Source of the DNA: a bacterium
GTDB taxonomy: Bacteria > Zhuqueibacterota > Zhuqueibacteria > Zhuqueibacterales > Zhuqueibacteraceae
DNA: 22,509 nucleotides
Direction of reading: 5' to 3'
NCBI GenBank assembly: GCA_044869275.1
Contig: JBIOXB010000138.1
Span: forward strand, 1-22,509
Each line of letters begins with the position of its first letter. Within the stretch, counting starts at the first letter, position 1. Positions 5,649-14,701 of the stretch are shown piece after piece. The notes beneath the pieces were generated by a model. That model saw only the letters and a program-made list of their open reading frames with translations. It searched no databases and had not been told where the DNA came from. The position numbers and the translations under genes are program-made.

Positions 5649-7664
5649 ATGCACCAAAGCCGCTCCCTCAAAGGGGTTCTCGTCGTGATGCTGTTGTTCG
5701 TGGTTGCCTCCAGCCGCGCGCAACAACAAACACTCACGCCGGAGATGGTGGTTTCGTTGAAAACCATTTCTGCCGTGATGATCGATCCCACAGGCAAGAA
5801 CGTCGCATTTGTCTTGCGCACGCCCCGCGGCGCGGCGGAAGAAACCGGCAGCGCATACACGGAGTTGTGCGTGATTCCGGCAGCCGGCGGCAATGCCAGG
5901 CAATTTACCCACCGCCCCAGTGGCGCGAGCTCGCCGCAATGGTCGCCGGAGGGCAAATGGATTTATTTCCAATCTCAGCGCAAAGAAACCGATGAGCACG
6001 CCGAGGTTTATCGCATTGCGCTGGACGGTGGCGAAGCCGAGCAGGTCACGCACAGCGGCAACGGCGTGCGCCAATACGCGCTGTCGCCCGACGGCAAGTG
6101 GATCGCTTACACCATGACGGACGCCCAAACTCCGGTTGAGAAGGAAGCGGCACAGAAAGGTGAAGATGTGCAAGTCGTTGGCAAAGAAATTAAGCACCAT
6201 CGCTTGTACGTGCAGGGCCTGAACAGTAGCGAAGCCAGACGGATCACCGCTGAGATGAGTGTATGGGAATTCGAATGGTCGCCGGACGCCAGCGAGCTTG
6301 TGATTCAAGCCAGCGCCACCTCGCGCACGGACGATTCATACATGTTCAAGAAACTCTATGTCGTGCCACGAGAGGGAACGGGCGCGCCGAGAATCTTGAC
6401 TGAAACCAACGGCAAGCTCGGCGCCATGGCCTGGTCGCCGGATGGCAAAAACATTGCGTTTCTTGCGGGCGTCGACAGCAGCGATCCCACGAATGGCAGC
6501 ATTCTTGTGGTGCCGGCACAGGGCGGTGCTGCCAAAAATCTTTCGGACAACTTCGAGGGAACGGTATCGTCGGTGGACTGGTTGAACGCGAGCACGCTGA
6601 TTTTTTCCGCCACCGAACGCAGCCACACCACGTTGAACACCATGCCCGCAACCGGTGGCTCACCAACGCGTGTCATTTCCTCCAGTTATGCCCTGGGCAG
6701 CGCCGCGGTGTTGGCGAACGACGGCAAAACGTTCGCGCTGGCATTGAACACGAACAATCACCCGAACGAAGCTTTTGCGGGCAATCTCGCAACGAAAAAA
6801 CTCGTGCGTCTGACCCATTCCAATCCCGAATTGGATAATATGCATTTCTCCGGTGCCAGAGAAATCGCCTGGAAGGCAAAAGACGGCCTGGAAATTACCG
6901 GCCTGCTCATGCTGCCGCACGATTATCAAACCAGTAAAAAGTATCCCTGCATCGTGCAAGTGCACGGCGGCCCAGAAAGCGCATATGTCGAAGGCTGGAC
7001 GACGAGCTACGTCACCTGGAGTGAGTTGCTGGCCGCGCGCGGGTATGTCGTGTTCAGTCCCAATTATCGCGGCAGTGCGGGGCGGGGCGTGGCCTTTGCC
7101 AAAGCCGATCACAAAGATCTCGGCGGGCGGGAGTTCGAGGACGTGATTGACGGCGTGGATTACCTCGTGCAGCAAGGTTATGTCGATCCCGGGGCCGTGG
7201 GCATTGGCGGATTTTCTTATGGGGGTTACTTCTCGGCGTGGGCGGCCACGCGCTACACGGAAAGATTCAAAGCCGCTTCCATGGGCGCGGGTATTGCCGA
7301 TTGGATTTCATTCACCGGCACTTCCGACATTCCTTATGAAAACTCCATGGTACACTGGAATCTCGAGGTATACAAAAACATGCCGCTGGTCTGGGAGCGC
7401 TCGCCCATGGCTCACTTAGAGAAATCGCAAACTGCGCTGCTGATCTCCCACGGCGACAAAGACGACCGTGTGCCCCTCGGCCAGGGCTGGGAAATCTACA
7501 CTGCGCTGAAGTTGCTCGGCAAAACCGTGGAATTCGATATCTATCCCCGCGAAGCGCATGGTTGGGCGGAGCGCAACCACCAGTTGTATTCCATCAAGCG
7601 CAATCTCGAGTGGTTTGATGAATATGTGAAGAAAGCGGCCACACGCGTATCTGTTCCGAACTGA
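5649..7664 (+). CDS. Secreted S9 family (prolyl oligopeptidase/acylaminoacyl) peptidase with beta-propeller
   Basis: Signal peptide, repeated WSPD/WSPE propeller motifs, VHGGP, NYRGS, nucleophile GFSYGG, Asp in HGDKDDRVP and His in EAHG. Start at ATG 5649, with GGAGG SD at 5638-5642. Confidence 0.94.
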   Translation: MHQSRSLKGVLVVMLLFVVASSRAQQQTLTPEMVVSLKTISAVMIDPTGKNVAFVLRTPRGAAEETGSAYTELCVIPAAGGNARQFTHRPSGASSPQWSPEGKWIYFQSQRKETDEHAEVYRIALDGGEAEQVTHSGNGVRQYALSPDGKWIAYTMTDAQTPVEKEAAQKGEDVQVVGKEIKHHRLYVQGLNSSEARRITAEMSVWEFEWSPDASELVIQASATSRTDDSYMFKKLYVVPREGTGAPRILTETNGKLGAMAWSPDGKNIAFLAGVDSSDPTNGSILVVPAQGGAAKNLSDNFEGTVSSVDWLNASTLIFSATERSHTTLNTMPATGGSPTRVISSSYALGSAAVLANDGKTFALALNTNNHPNEAFAGNLATKKLVRLTHSNPELDNMHFSGAREIAWKAKDGLEITGLLMLPHDYQTSKKYPCIVQVHGGPESAYVEGWTTSYVTWSELLAARGYVVFSPNYRGSAGRGVAFAKADHKDLGGREFEDVIDGVDYLVQQGYVDPGAVGIGGFSYGGYFSAWAATRYTERFKAASMGAGIADWISFTGTSDIPYENSMVHWNLEVYKNMPLVWERSPMAHLEKSQTALLISHGDKDDRVPLGQGWEIYTALKLLGKTVEFDIYPREAHGWAERNHQLYSIKRNLEWFDEYVKKAATRVSVPN

Positions 7665-7679
7665 ATTCTGGTTGGAGCG

Positions 7680-8474
7680 ATGCTCATACCCTTACTTCTT
7701 TTGGCGTTTTTGCAGCTCCGCGCGCCGGACTCTTCACCGCTTCCGTCTGCCAGCCGCCAACTCTTGCTGGTGTTAACGCCGTCCTACGAAGCGACGCAAG
7801 GCTTACTTTACAAATTTCAGCGCGAGAATGCCTCTGCGCAGTGGCAAATGGTCGCGGGCGCGATACCCATCGTTGTTGGCCGTTCCGGCTTGGGCTGGGG
7901 AGAAGGATTGCATGCCGGCAATCCTCCCGGCCGTCCGCTCAAGCGCGAAGGAGACGGCCGCAGCCCGGCAGGCATTTTCGGTTTGAGCTCGGCATTTGGC
8001 TTCGCACCAGCGGAAGAATTGCAGCCGCTGCATTTGCCCTATGTCCAAGTCACCGCAGCACTCGAATGTGTTGACGACGCCCATTCGCAGCATTATAATA
8101 CTCTGGTGGACACGCAAGCGGTAGACTCCCGCGATTGGCGCTCTGCTGAAAAAATGTCTCAAGCAAAGATCGAATATCGGCTCGGGGTTTTTGTCGATCA
8201 CAATTTCACTCTGCGCCGCCCGGATTTTGGCTCTTGCATCTTTTTGCACATTTGGAGCACGCCTGCAAGTCCGACCCTCGGTTGCACGGCCATGGCTGCG
8301 GAGGAAATGGAGAAAATCGTGCGGTGGCTGGAGCGGGAGGCCAGGCCGGTTTTGGTGCAACTGCCGCAAACAGAATATGCGCGGCTCCGTGAACCCTGGC
8401 ACTTGCCCGTGACCTCTCAATCTTCCAAACCAACGCAAACGGAAAAGGCTGGACAAAAAGCACCTTGGCATTAA
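7680..8474 (+). CDS. Exported L,D-transpeptidase (YkuD-like) family protein
   Basis: Signal peptide, VGRSGLGWG, KREGDGRSPAGIF and catalytic GSCIFLH...PTLGC (His and Cys). Confidence 0.85.
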   Translation: MLIPLLLLAFLQLRAPDSSPLPSASRQLLLVLTPSYEATQGLLYKFQRENASAQWQMVAGAIPIVVGRSGLGWGEGLHAGNPPGRPLKREGDGRSPAGIFGLSSAFGFAPAEELQPLHLPYVQVTAALECVDDAHSQHYNTLVDTQAVDSRDWRSAEKMSQAKIEYRLGVFVDHNFTLRRPDFGSCIFLHIWSTPASPTLGCTAMAAEEMEKIVRWLEREARPVLVQLPQTEYARLREPWHLPVTSQSSKPTQTEKAGQKAPWH

Positions 8475-8722
8475 TATTCAAAAACTGATCTGTTTGATTT
8501 TCATAAATTCCATTGCCCTTATACCATCCGGCAATCTGAGGCCTCCTGAATTTTCCGTCGAACACCAGCCTGCGCCTCCCGGTCTTTCAGCAAAGGCCCA
8601 AGTGCCCGCCCTTGCTGGCAATGCCGCGAACGCCGCCCAAGGCGGGTAGATGGCAATAGCGTCATTTTATGAACTGGGAAGGAATGAAGGGAGCTTTTGC
8701 GAAACTGAAAGGACATGCCACC

Positions 8723-9082
8723 ATGCTGATCAAACATGAAAAAGACTGTCAGGAAATCATCGCCAACGACGGCTGCCGGCTGCGGGAACTGCTGCACCCG
8801 GAGCGTGACGCCGCCCAGGTTTCATATTCCCTTGCTGTCGCTTACGTCGAACCGGGCAAATCCACTTATCGCCATTCGTTGCGGCAGACGGAAGTCTATT
8901 ACATTATGCAAGGCATCGGCCGCATGCACCTCGGCGAGGAGGAGCGCGAAGTGCAGATCGGGGACACTATTTACATTCCCCCGGACCAGCCGCAGTGGAT
9001 TGACAATATCGGCGAAAACAATCTGGTGTTCGCGGCCATCGTCAGCCCGCCTTGGCGCACGGAGGATGACGTTCGGTTATGA
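8723..9082 (+). CDS. Cupin domain protein (mannose-6-phosphate isomerase-like)
   Basis: LRELLHP, SLAVAYVEPG..T..H.L..TEVYYI.QG.G.M and GDTIYIPP...Q.I.N.G...L.F..IVSPPW. Start ATG 8723 follows AAAGGA; the stop overlaps the next start (ATGA). Confidence 0.88.
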   Translation: MLIKHEKDCQEIIANDGCRLRELLHPERDAAQVSYSLAVAYVEPGKSTYRHSLRQTEVYYIMQGIGRMHLGEEEREVQIGDTIYIPPDQPQWIDNIGENNLVFAAIVSPPWRTEDDVRL

Positions 9083-11484
9083 TGCCGCCAGCAACAACGC
9101 CCGCCGCTCGCCGCCGGTCCCGGCAACTTGCCGGCGCGCTGCTGTTTATGCTGTTGGGCCTTTTTGTCTTGGTGGGATTTCAAATGCAACGCCGCCGCGC
9201 TTTGCAAGAGGCCTCGCCGCGCTTGCCCAGCCATGAGAAGCTGCGGCGCAGCTTGTTTCAGCAACAGCGCCTGCACCTCGTTTATGCCAGCGCCGATGAG
9301 GCCGCGCGTCAGAGCTATCAGAGTTTTTTTGCCGCGGCCCCTTCCCGGCGCTTCAAAATAACGGTCTACGCCGATCGCGATTATCCGCTCGACAGCCTGG
9401 GCTGTGCGCCGCTGCACCTGGTGGGGGCATTGTCGACCCATCATGTGCTGCAAGCCCTCCTGCCGCAATTGCCTTTGGAAAAAAATGACCAGGGCTTCGT
9501 TTTTGCCTCACAAACTTATCGCGATGACACCAACCTATTGCAGTTGTTCTATCCCAACCCGCGTAACCTGGCGATGCCTCTGTGGATCACCACGGGCAAC
9601 AGCGACGCCGCAGTTTTGGATTATCTCAAAAAGTCCAACACACGCTTCGGAGAGATCGGCGACTACTGGGTCGCGGCGCACGGGAAGATGCAGGTGATCG
9701 GCTTTTTTCAGGATGACGGACCGCAAGCATGGCGCACGGAAGCTGCGAAAGAAATGAGCCTGGCGCGCGAGCAAAGGACCGCCGCCATCACCAAATATTT
9801 TGTGATCTTCACGCACGGCACGGCGTTCGATCAACAGGAAATGGAAGCATTTGCGCAACAGGAAGAAACCCAACTCGCCGCTTTGCTGCAGCGCTTGCAG
9901 ATACCTCAGGCGAAACTGGCCCGCCTGCTGCCCTTGCAAGTCCACCTGTGGGACAGCTTTGAAAAGAAAGCCCTGTTCACGCGCCGCGCCGATTTGCGCC
10001 ACGCCGATCCCGTGCAGCGCGAGGTACATTTGATCTGGACGAAATCCGCGCGCGGCGACGATTTCCTTGCCGAGGCGCAGTGGTTCATCGAACAATTATT
10101 ACCCGAAGCTGCCTCGCCCGCCTTGCGCGAAGGCCTGGCCGTTGCCTTGACCCGGCACTGGCGCGGCGCAAGTTTTGCAGCTTGGACGGCGAGATTGCTG
10201 TCCACCGGCAATGCCCTAGCCATCGAGGAGTTGTTTGATCCCGAAACTTGGCGGTCGGAATCGCCGCTGCTGCGGCAGCCGTTGCTTGGCAGCTTGGTGG
10301 ATTTCTTTTTGGAACACTATACCGCGGAAGAATTCGAACGGTTGTATCGTTCCTGGCCTGAAAAAGGCCTGCCGCAAGAATTCCCGCGCGCTGAAACATG
10401 GGAAAATCTGAAACGACTTTGTTACGAAAAAGCGATACAGCAAACGCCCATCGCATTGCGGCACACGCGCCCGCCGGAGATTTCACCGTCGAATTTTCAT
10501 CGCGGCTTTTGTTATGCGCACGAAGGCTATCAAGTCTATAACGGCTACATGGGCCACCGCTCGCGCGAGGCATTGCAAAAGCTCGCGGACCTGGGCGCGA
10601 ATGCCATCTCCGTGACCCCGTTCGGCTATCTGGAAAACATGCACCGGCCGAATTTCCTGCGCCGCAGCGACGGCCTGGGCTCGGAAAATGACGAAAGCCT
10701 GCTGGCGGCGCTGCACTTCGGCCGCGAGCTCGGCATGCGCGTCATGCTCAAGCCGCACATGTGGGTGGGCGGATCCACGTCAGGCTGGCCGGGCGACATT
10801 CAAATGCACAGCCCGCAGGAATGGAAGAAGTTCCTGGAGTATTATGAGAGATGGATGCGGCATTATGCCGTGCTCGCGGAAATGCACGGTTTCGATAGTC
10901 TCTGCCTCGGCGTGGAATTGGTTCACGCGACGCGCGGGCACGAAGCGCAATGGCGCGCCATGATCCACCGTCTGCGCGGCTTGTATTCCGGACCCATGGT
11001 TTATGCCGCCAATTGGGGCGAGGAATTCGAGCGCTTGAATTTTTGGAACGAGCTGGATGCCATCGCGATCAATTGCTACTATCCTCTGTCCGAAAAAGGG
11101 CACGCCAGCGATGCGGAGCTGCTTGCTGGTGCGAATCAAATCGCGGACAAGATCGCCGCGGTCGCGCAAAAATATCACAAACCGGTACTGGTCACGGAAA
11201 TCGGTTTTTGCTCACGTCCGGCCGCGTGGATGCAACCGCATCGCGATGACCGCCACGCGCAGGTGCATGAAGAATGCCAGCGCCGCAGCTACGAGGCGAT
11301 CTCCAAAGCCTTTTCAAATCGCGACTGGCTTGCCGGCATTTATTGGTGGAAATGGCCGACCGATCTTTCCGACGGCGGAGCGCAGGACAATCAATTCACG
11401 CCGAACGGCAAGGCCGCGTCACAAGTGGTAGCCCAGTGGTATGAGTCCCTCGCGCGCTCCACCGCTCCGGGCGCGCAAGAATGA
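9079..11484 (+). CDS. Membrane-anchored multidomain protein with C-terminal GH113-like (clan GH-A TIM barrel) glycoside hydrolase
   Basis: N-terminal basic stretch plus hydrophobic helix. The C-terminal ~330 aa carry GMRVMLKPH.W, CLGVEL (acid/base Glu), YAANW, FW..LDAI.IN.YYPLS, KPVLVTEIGF.S (nucleophile Glu) and GIYWWKW. Confidence 0.82.
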   Translation: MMPPATTPAARRRSRQLAGALLFMLLGLFVLVGFQMQRRRALQEASPRLPSHEKLRRSLFQQQRLHLVYASADEAARQSYQSFFAAAPSRRFKITVYADRDYPLDSLGCAPLHLVGALSTHHVLQALLPQLPLEKNDQGFVFASQTYRDDTNLLQLFYPNPRNLAMPLWITTGNSDAAVLDYLKKSNTRFGEIGDYWVAAHGKMQVIGFFQDDGPQAWRTEAAKEMSLAREQRTAAITKYFVIFTHGTAFDQQEMEAFAQQEETQLAALLQRLQIPQAKLARLLPLQVHLWDSFEKKALFTRRADLRHADPVQREVHLIWTKSARGDDFLAEAQWFIEQLLPEAASPALREGLAVALTRHWRGASFAAWTARLLSTGNALAIEELFDPETWRSESPLLRQPLLGSLVDFFLEHYTAEEFERLYRSWPEKGLPQEFPRAETWENLKRLCYEKAIQQTPIALRHTRPPEISPSNFHRGFCYAHEGYQVYNGYMGHRSREALQKLADLGANAISVTPFGYLENMHRPNFLRRSDGLGSENDESLLAALHFGRELGMRVMLKPHMWVGGSTSGWPGDIQMHSPQEWKKFLEYYERWMRHYAVLAEMHGFDSLCLGVELVHATRGHEAQWRAMIHRLRGLYSGPMVYAANWGEEFERLNFWNELDAIAINCYYPLSEKGHASDAELLAGANQIADKIAAVAQKYHKPVLVTEIGFCSRPAAWMQPHRDDRHAQVHEECQRRSYEAISKAFSNRDWLAGIYWWKWPTDLSDGGAQDNQFTPNGKAASQVVAQWYESLARSTAPGAQE

Positions 11485-11512
11485 ATTGGAAGCATTTACA
11501 ACCCTGAAAACG

Positions 11513-11974
11513 ATGAAAGCTCAAGAATTCAAATCCTTCCTCGTGGTTTCGCCGTTCGCGGACGGCACCTACTGGTACTTGCGTGAAGAGCTTCGCTGGC
11601 TTTCGGCTTCGGGTGAGGAACACGTGGTACCCCGAGGATTTGTAACTGACTTCGCCAGCATTCCGAGACCCTTGTGGTGGCTGCTTCCCAAATGGGCCCG
11701 ATACGGCAATGCGGCGGTGGTGCATGACTTCAACTATTGGGAGCAAAGAAAGAGCCGCAAAGCCGCCGATCGCGCCATGGTGGAAGGCATGCGGGATCTC
11801 GGCGTCGGCAAGCTGACACGCAATTCGATCTACTTCTTTCTGAGAATGTTTGGCGGATTCGCATGGCGTGGCAACGGCAAAAGGCGGAATGCGGGCCGAA
11901 TCCGGGTGATTACGGCGTTTCCCTCGAACCCTCATCAGACCTGGGAAAACTACGAAAAATCGACCTTGGCATGA
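11513..11974 (+). CDS. DUF1353 domain protein
   Basis: VPRGFVTDFASIPRPLW...Y..AAVVHDF.Y...SRKAAD..M...M...GV. Start taken at ATG 11513 to avoid overlapping the upstream gene. Confidence 0.87.
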   Translation: MKAQEFKSFLVVSPFADGTYWYLREELRWLSASGEEHVVPRGFVTDFASIPRPLWWLLPKWARYGNAAVVHDFNYWEQRKSRKAADRAMVEGMRDLGVGKLTRNSIYFFLRMFGGFAWRGNGKRRNAGRIRVITAFPSNPHQTWENYEKSTLA

Positions 11975-12049
11975 AGCCCGCAGGCCAACGCCTCTGTAAA
12001 GAAAGCACTGGCGCTTCAAAGTTGACGGCATTGAGGAACAGGAGAAGAG

Positions 12050-14581
12050 GTGCAACACCTTTTTTCAATTCTGCACAGGCGGGTGCTCAGATCGGAGCCA
12101 GCGGAAGATTTGGCGTTTCCGCGCCGCCGCGATGCGGTTCTTCCGATTTCATTCGCACTATTTTTGGTTTCGATCTTCGCATCGCCTGCCGCCAGCCAAA
12201 GACAAACCCTGCGCGATCCGCAGCTGCGAGGGCTTTATCATTCCCTGCGCGCGCCCATTGCGGCCGACTCCAGTTGGGTGGTCGCGGACACGCTTCGCCT
12301 CTCTTTTCCGGATTTTCGCCTCACCCTGGCGGGTGGCACGCTCACCGCATTGTATGACAGCGCCCAAGGCCTCACCGGACTGATGTTCGAGGGCGAAGCG
12401 CGGGTCAGCTTTCGACCGCGCCTGGCATTGGAACGATTCCAACTCGTGCGCTTCAGCAAAGACTCCGTGCTCAGTTGCGCCACCTCGCGGCTGGTGGTGC
12501 GCATGGTTGAACCCTCCACCTTGCCCGTGCAAAATGAAGGTGAGGCACAACGGTTGTCCGCGCTGCTGCGCAGTTCTCCAAACGCTAAAAGCAAGTACCG
12601 GCGGGAAGCGGAGGAGCTGCAGAAAACTCTGGAACAGGGCTTGCGCCAGCGCAACAATCTTAATCTGGCCGCGCGCTTGCTCGGCCGCAAGCTCACCGCT
12701 GCAACGGGATTTGTATTGTGCGCCTTCTATCCCGAAGACAGCCGCCACTTTTCCCCGCCCTTGTATACTTACATTTATGATGCGCCTGCTCTCGAATCCG
12801 TCGCATTTCTCTCCTATTTTCCCAAACGCATTGGCCGGCAGTTTTTCACGATCTGCAGCTATGCGCTCTCACCCGGCGCTTCATCGACTGCCGCCGCGCT
12901 GAAGCTCGAGAAATACAATGGCTGGGTGGCGTTGGACAGTGAAGGCCGCTTGCAAGCCGACATGGGAGTGGATATTTTTTCCGGCGAGACGCGGCCCCCA
13001 GTTTTGAGTTTCGCCTTGTCTGCCGATCTCCACGTTTCGAGAGTCTCCTGCGAGACCGGGGACTCGCTGAATTTCGTGCAAGAGCCGGAAGAGGCCGGGG
13101 TCACGGTCTTTTTACCGCCGGCCGCGTGGTCAGGCGATACGCTGCGCCTGCTGTTTCAATATGAAGGCGAAGCTTTGCGGCGGCACCCGAACAATACTTT
13201 CTTTCTCAAGGATGCAATCAACTGGGCGCCGCGCCTGGGTTACTTGGAGCGCGCACATTATCAAATCATCTACAAGTGCCCGCCGCGGCAGCGCGTGCTG
13301 GCCGTGGGTGAACTCGTGCGCGATTGGGAAGAAGCCGGCCATCACCTGAGTTTCTTCCAAACCGCGGCACCGGCGAAGGCCGCGACGTTTTGCATGGGCA
13401 ACTTTCAGACCGATACGCTCATGGCGGCGCGGCCCGGTCTGCCCGCATTGGTGATTCATACCACCTGGCAGCGCTCACCAGAAGAGCGCCGCCGCGTGGC
13501 CGGCGATTTGGCGAACAGTTTGTATTTTTATGGAAAATTCCTGGGCGAGTACGCCCTGCCGTGTTTGCGCGTGGTGGAAGCGCCAACGGTTCACAGCCAG
13601 GGCTTTCCCGGATTCGTGACCCTTTCCTGGCTTGGTTTTGATAGCCGGCTGCAAGGGGTGCGGGAAGCGCTGCGCGGCCACGAAGTCGCGCATCAATGGT
13701 TCGGGAATTTAGCCGGCTGGCGCACGTATCACGATCAATGGCTCAGCGAAAGCTTTGCGGAATATCTCGGCGCGATGTACGTGGAATGGCTGGCAGCCGC
13801 GCCCGGGCAATTCGCGCAAATTCTGCAGGCGTGGCGCGACGACGTGCTGGAGCGCGGTCACATCGGTGCGAGTCTCGGCATGCAACAATTCGGCTTGGGC
13901 AAGGCCGCGCTGCGCAACGCGGAAGGATTCAGAGCCGGACCGATTTGGATGGGCGCGCGCCTCGGCCAGAACGAAGTGCTCGATTATTACACGCAAACTT
14001 ACGAAAAAGGCGCTTACGTGGTGCACATGCTGCGCTGGCTGCTGCGCGATTTGCATACCAACAGCGATGCGCGCTTCTGGAACCTGCTCGCCGATTTTAT
14101 CGCGGACCAAAGCCACCTTGAGCCTGCCACTGAAGATTTTCAGCGTCTTGCAGAAAAGCATTACGGCGCTCCGCTGGATTGGTTTTTCCAACAATGGATT
14201 TTTCAAAACCAAGTCCCGACCTATCGCTGGCATTATAGCCTCGAAAACGTCCCGGTTTCGCCGCTCTCCCCCGCGGGCATGCCCATCGCCAGCGCACCAT
14301 CCCGCGAAAGCCAAACCACTCCGGTGCTGCGCCTGCGTGTACGGCAGGAAGAGGTGCCGCAGAGCTTTCGCATGCTCGTGCCCATCAGAATCGAGTTTGA
14401 GGATTCTTCCCAACACACTGCCGCCATATGGGTCGACAGCACTGGCGCTGAGATCGATATTCCGTTATCGAGCCTCGCGCTGCGGCGAGTCGTGTTTAAC
14501 GCCGGGGACGCCGTCTTGTGCCGTGTAAGAAACGAGGATGGAGAACATTTGCACACATCGAAAGGAGATCGAACGAGGTGA
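12050..14581 (+). CDS. Exported M1-family-like (gluzincin) zinc aminopeptidase
   Basis: HEVAHQWFG, third ligand in WLSESFAEY (HExxH-x18-E) and catalytic Tyr in YEKGAYVVHMLR, plus LDWFFQQW. Hydrophobic signal segment near the N-terminus; GGAG before GTG 12050 (exact start uncertain). Confidence 0.88.
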   Translation: MQHLFSILHRRVLRSEPAEDLAFPRRRDAVLPISFALFLVSIFASPAASQRQTLRDPQLRGLYHSLRAPIAADSSWVVADTLRLSFPDFRLTLAGGTLTALYDSAQGLTGLMFEGEARVSFRPRLALERFQLVRFSKDSVLSCATSRLVVRMVEPSTLPVQNEGEAQRLSALLRSSPNAKSKYRREAEELQKTLEQGLRQRNNLNLAARLLGRKLTAATGFVLCAFYPEDSRHFSPPLYTYIYDAPALESVAFLSYFPKRIGRQFFTICSYALSPGASSTAAALKLEKYNGWVALDSEGRLQADMGVDIFSGETRPPVLSFALSADLHVSRVSCETGDSLNFVQEPEEAGVTVFLPPAAWSGDTLRLLFQYEGEALRRHPNNTFFLKDAINWAPRLGYLERAHYQIIYKCPPRQRVLAVGELVRDWEEAGHHLSFFQTAAPAKAATFCMGNFQTDTLMAARPGLPALVIHTTWQRSPEERRRVAGDLANSLYFYGKFLGEYALPCLRVVEAPTVHSQGFPGFVTLSWLGFDSRLQGVREALRGHEVAHQWFGNLAGWRTYHDQWLSESFAEYLGAMYVEWLAAAPGQFAQILQAWRDDVLERGHIGASLGMQQFGLGKAALRNAEGFRAGPIWMGARLGQNEVLDYYTQTYEKGAYVVHMLRWLLRDLHTNSDARFWNLLADFIADQSHLEPATEDFQRLAEKHYGAPLDWFFQQWIFQNQVPTYRWHYSLENVPVSPLSPAGMPIASAPSRESQTTPVLRLRVRQEEVPQSFRMLVPIRIEFEDSSQHTAAIWVDSTGAEIDIPLSSLALRRVVFNAGDAVLCRVRNEDGEHLHTSKGDRTR

Positions 14582-14701
14582 ATTCAGATTTTGAACGTTT
14601 TTGTTCTCAGCGTTGTCATTTCATTCAGCCGCTTTGTTCCCGCTGAAAAGATTTTAGGTGAAAAATTGTCGCTGTGATTTTCCACCCAAGGAGGAGTAAA
14701 G

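Noticed and set aside
10480..11974. Gene transfer agent or prophage remnant (GH113 resembles the GTA TIM-barrel domain, and DUF1353 is phage-associated)
   Set aside because: There are no capsid, terminase, tail or integrase genes, and the GH113-like domain is fused to a membrane-anchored cellular protein.
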